Of a DNA stretch of 52,269 nucleotides, positions 50,034-52,269 are shown piece by piece. Positions within the stretch are counted from its first letter, which is position 1; the number at the start of each line of letters is the position of its first letter. Made by a program: the position numbers and the translations under genes. The notes under the pieces are model-generated. The model saw only the letters and a list, made by a program, of their open reading frames with translations, did not search any database and was not told where the DNA came from. Source of the DNA: Acidobacteriota bacterium (lineage in GTDB: Bacteria; Acidobacteriota; DATKUA01; JAFGBY01); the NCBI GenBank assembly GCA_016932915.1, contig JAFGBY010000112.1, positions 1 through 52,269 of the forward strand, given 5' to 3'.

Positions 50034-51311
50034 ATGTTAAGTATCGGATACATTCGTGAAAATGAAGACGAAATAAGGAAGATGTTGGCGAACAGGTCCA
50101 ATAATGCCGACCTGGATAAATTAATTGAACTTGATGAAAAGAGAAGGATCTTTACTCAGGAGATAGATGATTTTCGCCATGAAAGAAAAGAACTCTCAAA
50201 ACAGATAGGCCTATTAAAGAAGAATGGCGAAGATGCTGAAAAAGAGATGGAAAAGGCGGCAGAGCTGAACAATGAACTTGCCAGCCTTGAAGAAAAGCAG
50301 AGAGAGACAGACGAAGAATATCAGAATCTTATTCTGACCTTCCCGAATATACCGGATGAAAGCGTCCCTATTGGGAAAGATGATTCATTTAACAGGGAAG
50401 AAAAAAAGTGGGGTGTCAAACCGGAATTTACTTTCGAGGTCAAATCTCATGATGCCCTGGCAGAAAAACTTGGGATTATAGATTTTAACAGGGCTACAAA
50501 GATTGCAGGCAGCAGGTTTGCCACGATGGTCGGAACCGGCGCCAAGCTGGAACGGGCATTGATTAATTTCATGCTGGATGTACACACACACGAACATAAC
50601 TACACTGAGATTATGCCACCGGTAATTGTTAACAGTAAGAGCCTGACCGGCACAGGCCAGCTTCCCAAGTTCGAGGAAGACCTTTTTAAACTGAATTACA
50701 GGGATTATTATCTTATCCCTACAGCTGAAGTGCCGGTGACCAATCATTTCGCGGATGAAATTTTATCTGAAGACGATCTGCCGGTTAAATTTGTAGCTTA
50801 TACACCTTGCTTCCGGAGTGAGGCCGGTTCCTACGGGCAAGATACAAAGGGATTGATAAGGCAGCATCAGTTTAACAAGGTAGAGCTGGTCAAATTTGCG
50901 CATCCCGATAAATCCTGGCAGGAGCTGGAAGCACTGCTAGCGGATGCCGAAGAGATTCTACAGGAACTCGGCCTGCACTACCGTGTGGTTACATTATCGA
51001 CAGGCGATATGGGATTTGCCTCTGCGAAGACGTATGATATCGAGGTTTGGTTACCTTCGTTTAATACTTACCGCGAGATCAGCTCCTGTTCGAATTTTAC
51101 CGATTTTCAGGCGCGCCGGGCATCGATAAGGTATAAAGATAAATCAACGGGGAAGAACAATTTCGTCCACACATTAAACGGATCCGGATTAGCGGTCGGT
51201 CGGACTGTTGTTGCAATTCTTGAAAATTATCAGCAGGAAGACGGTACTGTCATTGTACCGGAAGTACTCCGGCCTTATATGGGCGGAATGGATAAAATTT
51301 CACCGGAATAA
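50034..51311 (+). CDS. serS: Serine--tRNA ligase
   Basis: N-terminal coiled coil; [48 protein letters not shown]. Confidence 0.98.
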   Translation: MLSIGYIRENEDEIRKMLANRSNNADLDKLIELDEKRRIFTQEIDDFRHERKELSKQIGLLKKNGEDAEKEMEKAAELNNELASLEEKQRETDEEYQNLILTFPNIPDESVPIGKDDSFNREEKKWGVKPEFTFEVKSHDALAEKLGIIDFNRATKIAGSRFATMVGTGAKLERALINFMLDVHTHEHNYTEIMPPVIVNSKSLTGTGQLPKFEEDLFKLNYRDYYLIPTAEVPVTNHFADEILSEDDLPVKFVAYTPCFRSEAGSYGQDTKGLIRQHQFNKVELVKFAHPDKSWQELEALLADAEEILQELGLHYRVVTLSTGDMGFASAKTYDIEVWLPSFNTYREISSCSNFTDFQARRASIRYKDKSTGKNNFVHTLNGSGLAVGRTVVAILENYQQEDGTVIVPEVLRPYMGGMDKISPE

Positions 51312-51315
51312 GAAT

Positions 51316-52218
51316 ATGGACGCAAGCGCATTATCCTCAATACCAGGGGTAAAACCTGATATACAGCTTCGCGATTATTCCTGGTTCAGGATAGGGGGTA
51401 AGGCAGATTATTTTTATACAGCCCGGAATATTGATAGCTTAAGGGAAGTACTCGGTGCCGCCTATTCATTAAAAGTCCCTTGTTTTTTCCTTGGAGGCGG
51501 TAGTAATATTCTATTCAGCGATAAAGGCTTCAGGGGGCTTGTCATCAAGAATGAATTGAAGGGACAATCTTTCGATGGGCAGACGCTTATCGCCCAGAGC
51601 GGGAATGACCTTGGTGCCCTTATAAAAGCTGGGATAGAAAATAAACTTGGTGGCTGGGAAGGGTTATATGGTATTCCCGGGACGCTTGGCGGAGCTGTAA
51701 GGGGAAATGTAGGAGCATACGGGCATGAGATCTCACAGGATATCCGTTCCGTGGTTTACCTGGATAACGACTTGAATGAAAAAAAGGCCAGTGTGGAAGA
51801 TCTCAGATTCAGATACCGGTATTCGTTTTTTAAAGAAAATGGTTTTTTTATTCTAAGTGCCACACTGCATCTTGAGGAAGTTGATGCAGAAACATCAAGA
51901 GAAAAAATTAACGAACTTCTTTCAATCAGGAACAGCAGACATCCATCACGGCTTACCGCAGGATGTTTCTTTCAGAATCCAAAGGAATACGGAGTCCCAG
52001 CAGCGCGTTTAATCGAAGAGGCAGGGCTGAAAGGTAAAACAATCGGCGGCGCAAGTATTTCCGATAAACATTCGAATTTTATAATTAATTCCGGTAATGC
52101 AAGCGCGGAGGATGTTTTGAGATTGGCTGATTTCATCAAAGAAGAAGTTTTTAAGAAGAACGGTGTACTTTTAAAAGAAGAAGTACAGGTTGTACCGGAA
52201 GTTCCCACCATTAATTGA
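51316..52218 (+). CDS. murB: UDP-N-acetylenolpyruvoylglucosamine reductase
   Basis: FRIGGKAD, LGGGSNILFSD, GIPGTLGGA, FRYRYS, AGCFFQNP, HSNFIIN; start ATG 51316. Confidence 0.95.
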   Translation: MDASALSSIPGVKPDIQLRDYSWFRIGGKADYFYTARNIDSLREVLGAAYSLKVPCFFLGGGSNILFSDKGFRGLVIKNELKGQSFDGQTLIAQSGNDLGALIKAGIENKLGGWEGLYGIPGTLGGAVRGNVGAYGHEISQDIRSVVYLDNDLNEKKASVEDLRFRYRYSFFKENGFFILSATLHLEEVDAETSREKINELLSIRNSRHPSRLTAGCFFQNPKEYGVPAARLIEEAGLKGKTIGGASISDKHSNFIINSGNASAEDVLRLADFIKEEVFKKNGVLLKEEVQVVPEVPTIN

Positions 52219-52269
52219 CTCCGGTTGTGTAAGTATTCAAAATATATTGCCAAAGGGCGGAAAATGATA

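Noticed and set aside
51208-51315. N-terminal extension of murB
   Set aside because: Overlaps the serS 3' end; ATG 51316 just after the serS stop is more plausible.
334-52253. Numerous short antisense or alternate-frame ORFs (e.g. 34699-35250, 40362-40898, 41381-41848, 26916-27353)
   Set aside because: They overlap well-supported genes and lack SDs and recognisable motifs; they are shadow ORFs.
1-52269. Prophage, IS, defence island, CRISPR or rRNA
   Set aside because: No integrase, transposase, phage, cas or nuclease-defence genes, and no spaced direct repeats seen.

Overview
Chromosomal window from a low-GC, two-membrane (diderm) bacterium (BamD, RND systems, periplasmic PpiD). The gene order is reminiscent of Acidobacteriota-related or deltaproteobacterial lineages; this is inference only. 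It has about 42 CDS. Core blocks: ppiD <> tig-clpP*-clpX-lon-yihA-rho, rpmE-DUF1385-prfA-prmC, a PASTA-rpe-thioesterase-epimerase-bamD-ruvX-mltG-NUDIX-thiC-thiD cluster, and serS-murB. The accessory middle has TspO, a class II photolyase, a tandemly duplicated pair of unknown exported proteins, YigZ, a DUF4097 lipoprotein, GT2 and GT-C glycosyltransferases, two RND permeases plus a membrane fusion protein, a peroxiredoxin-DsbA pair, MntP, a tricorn protease, a double-domain ThyX and a Crp regulator. The most striking observation is that the clpP in the housekeeping tig-clpP-clpX-lon operon is intact but has all three catalytic-triad residues replaced (S98E, H123Y, D172Q), making it a ClpR-like pseudo-protease. 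It sits next to a trigger factor whose PPIase domain is degenerate and carries a His-rich insert. Other points: a four-paralog exported-protein array with an exact 2265-bp period, an exact SigW-type ECF promoter, a perfect 20-bp palindrome over an operon promoter, and a cluster of REP-like hairpins. No rRNA, tRNA, CRISPR array or transposase was seen.
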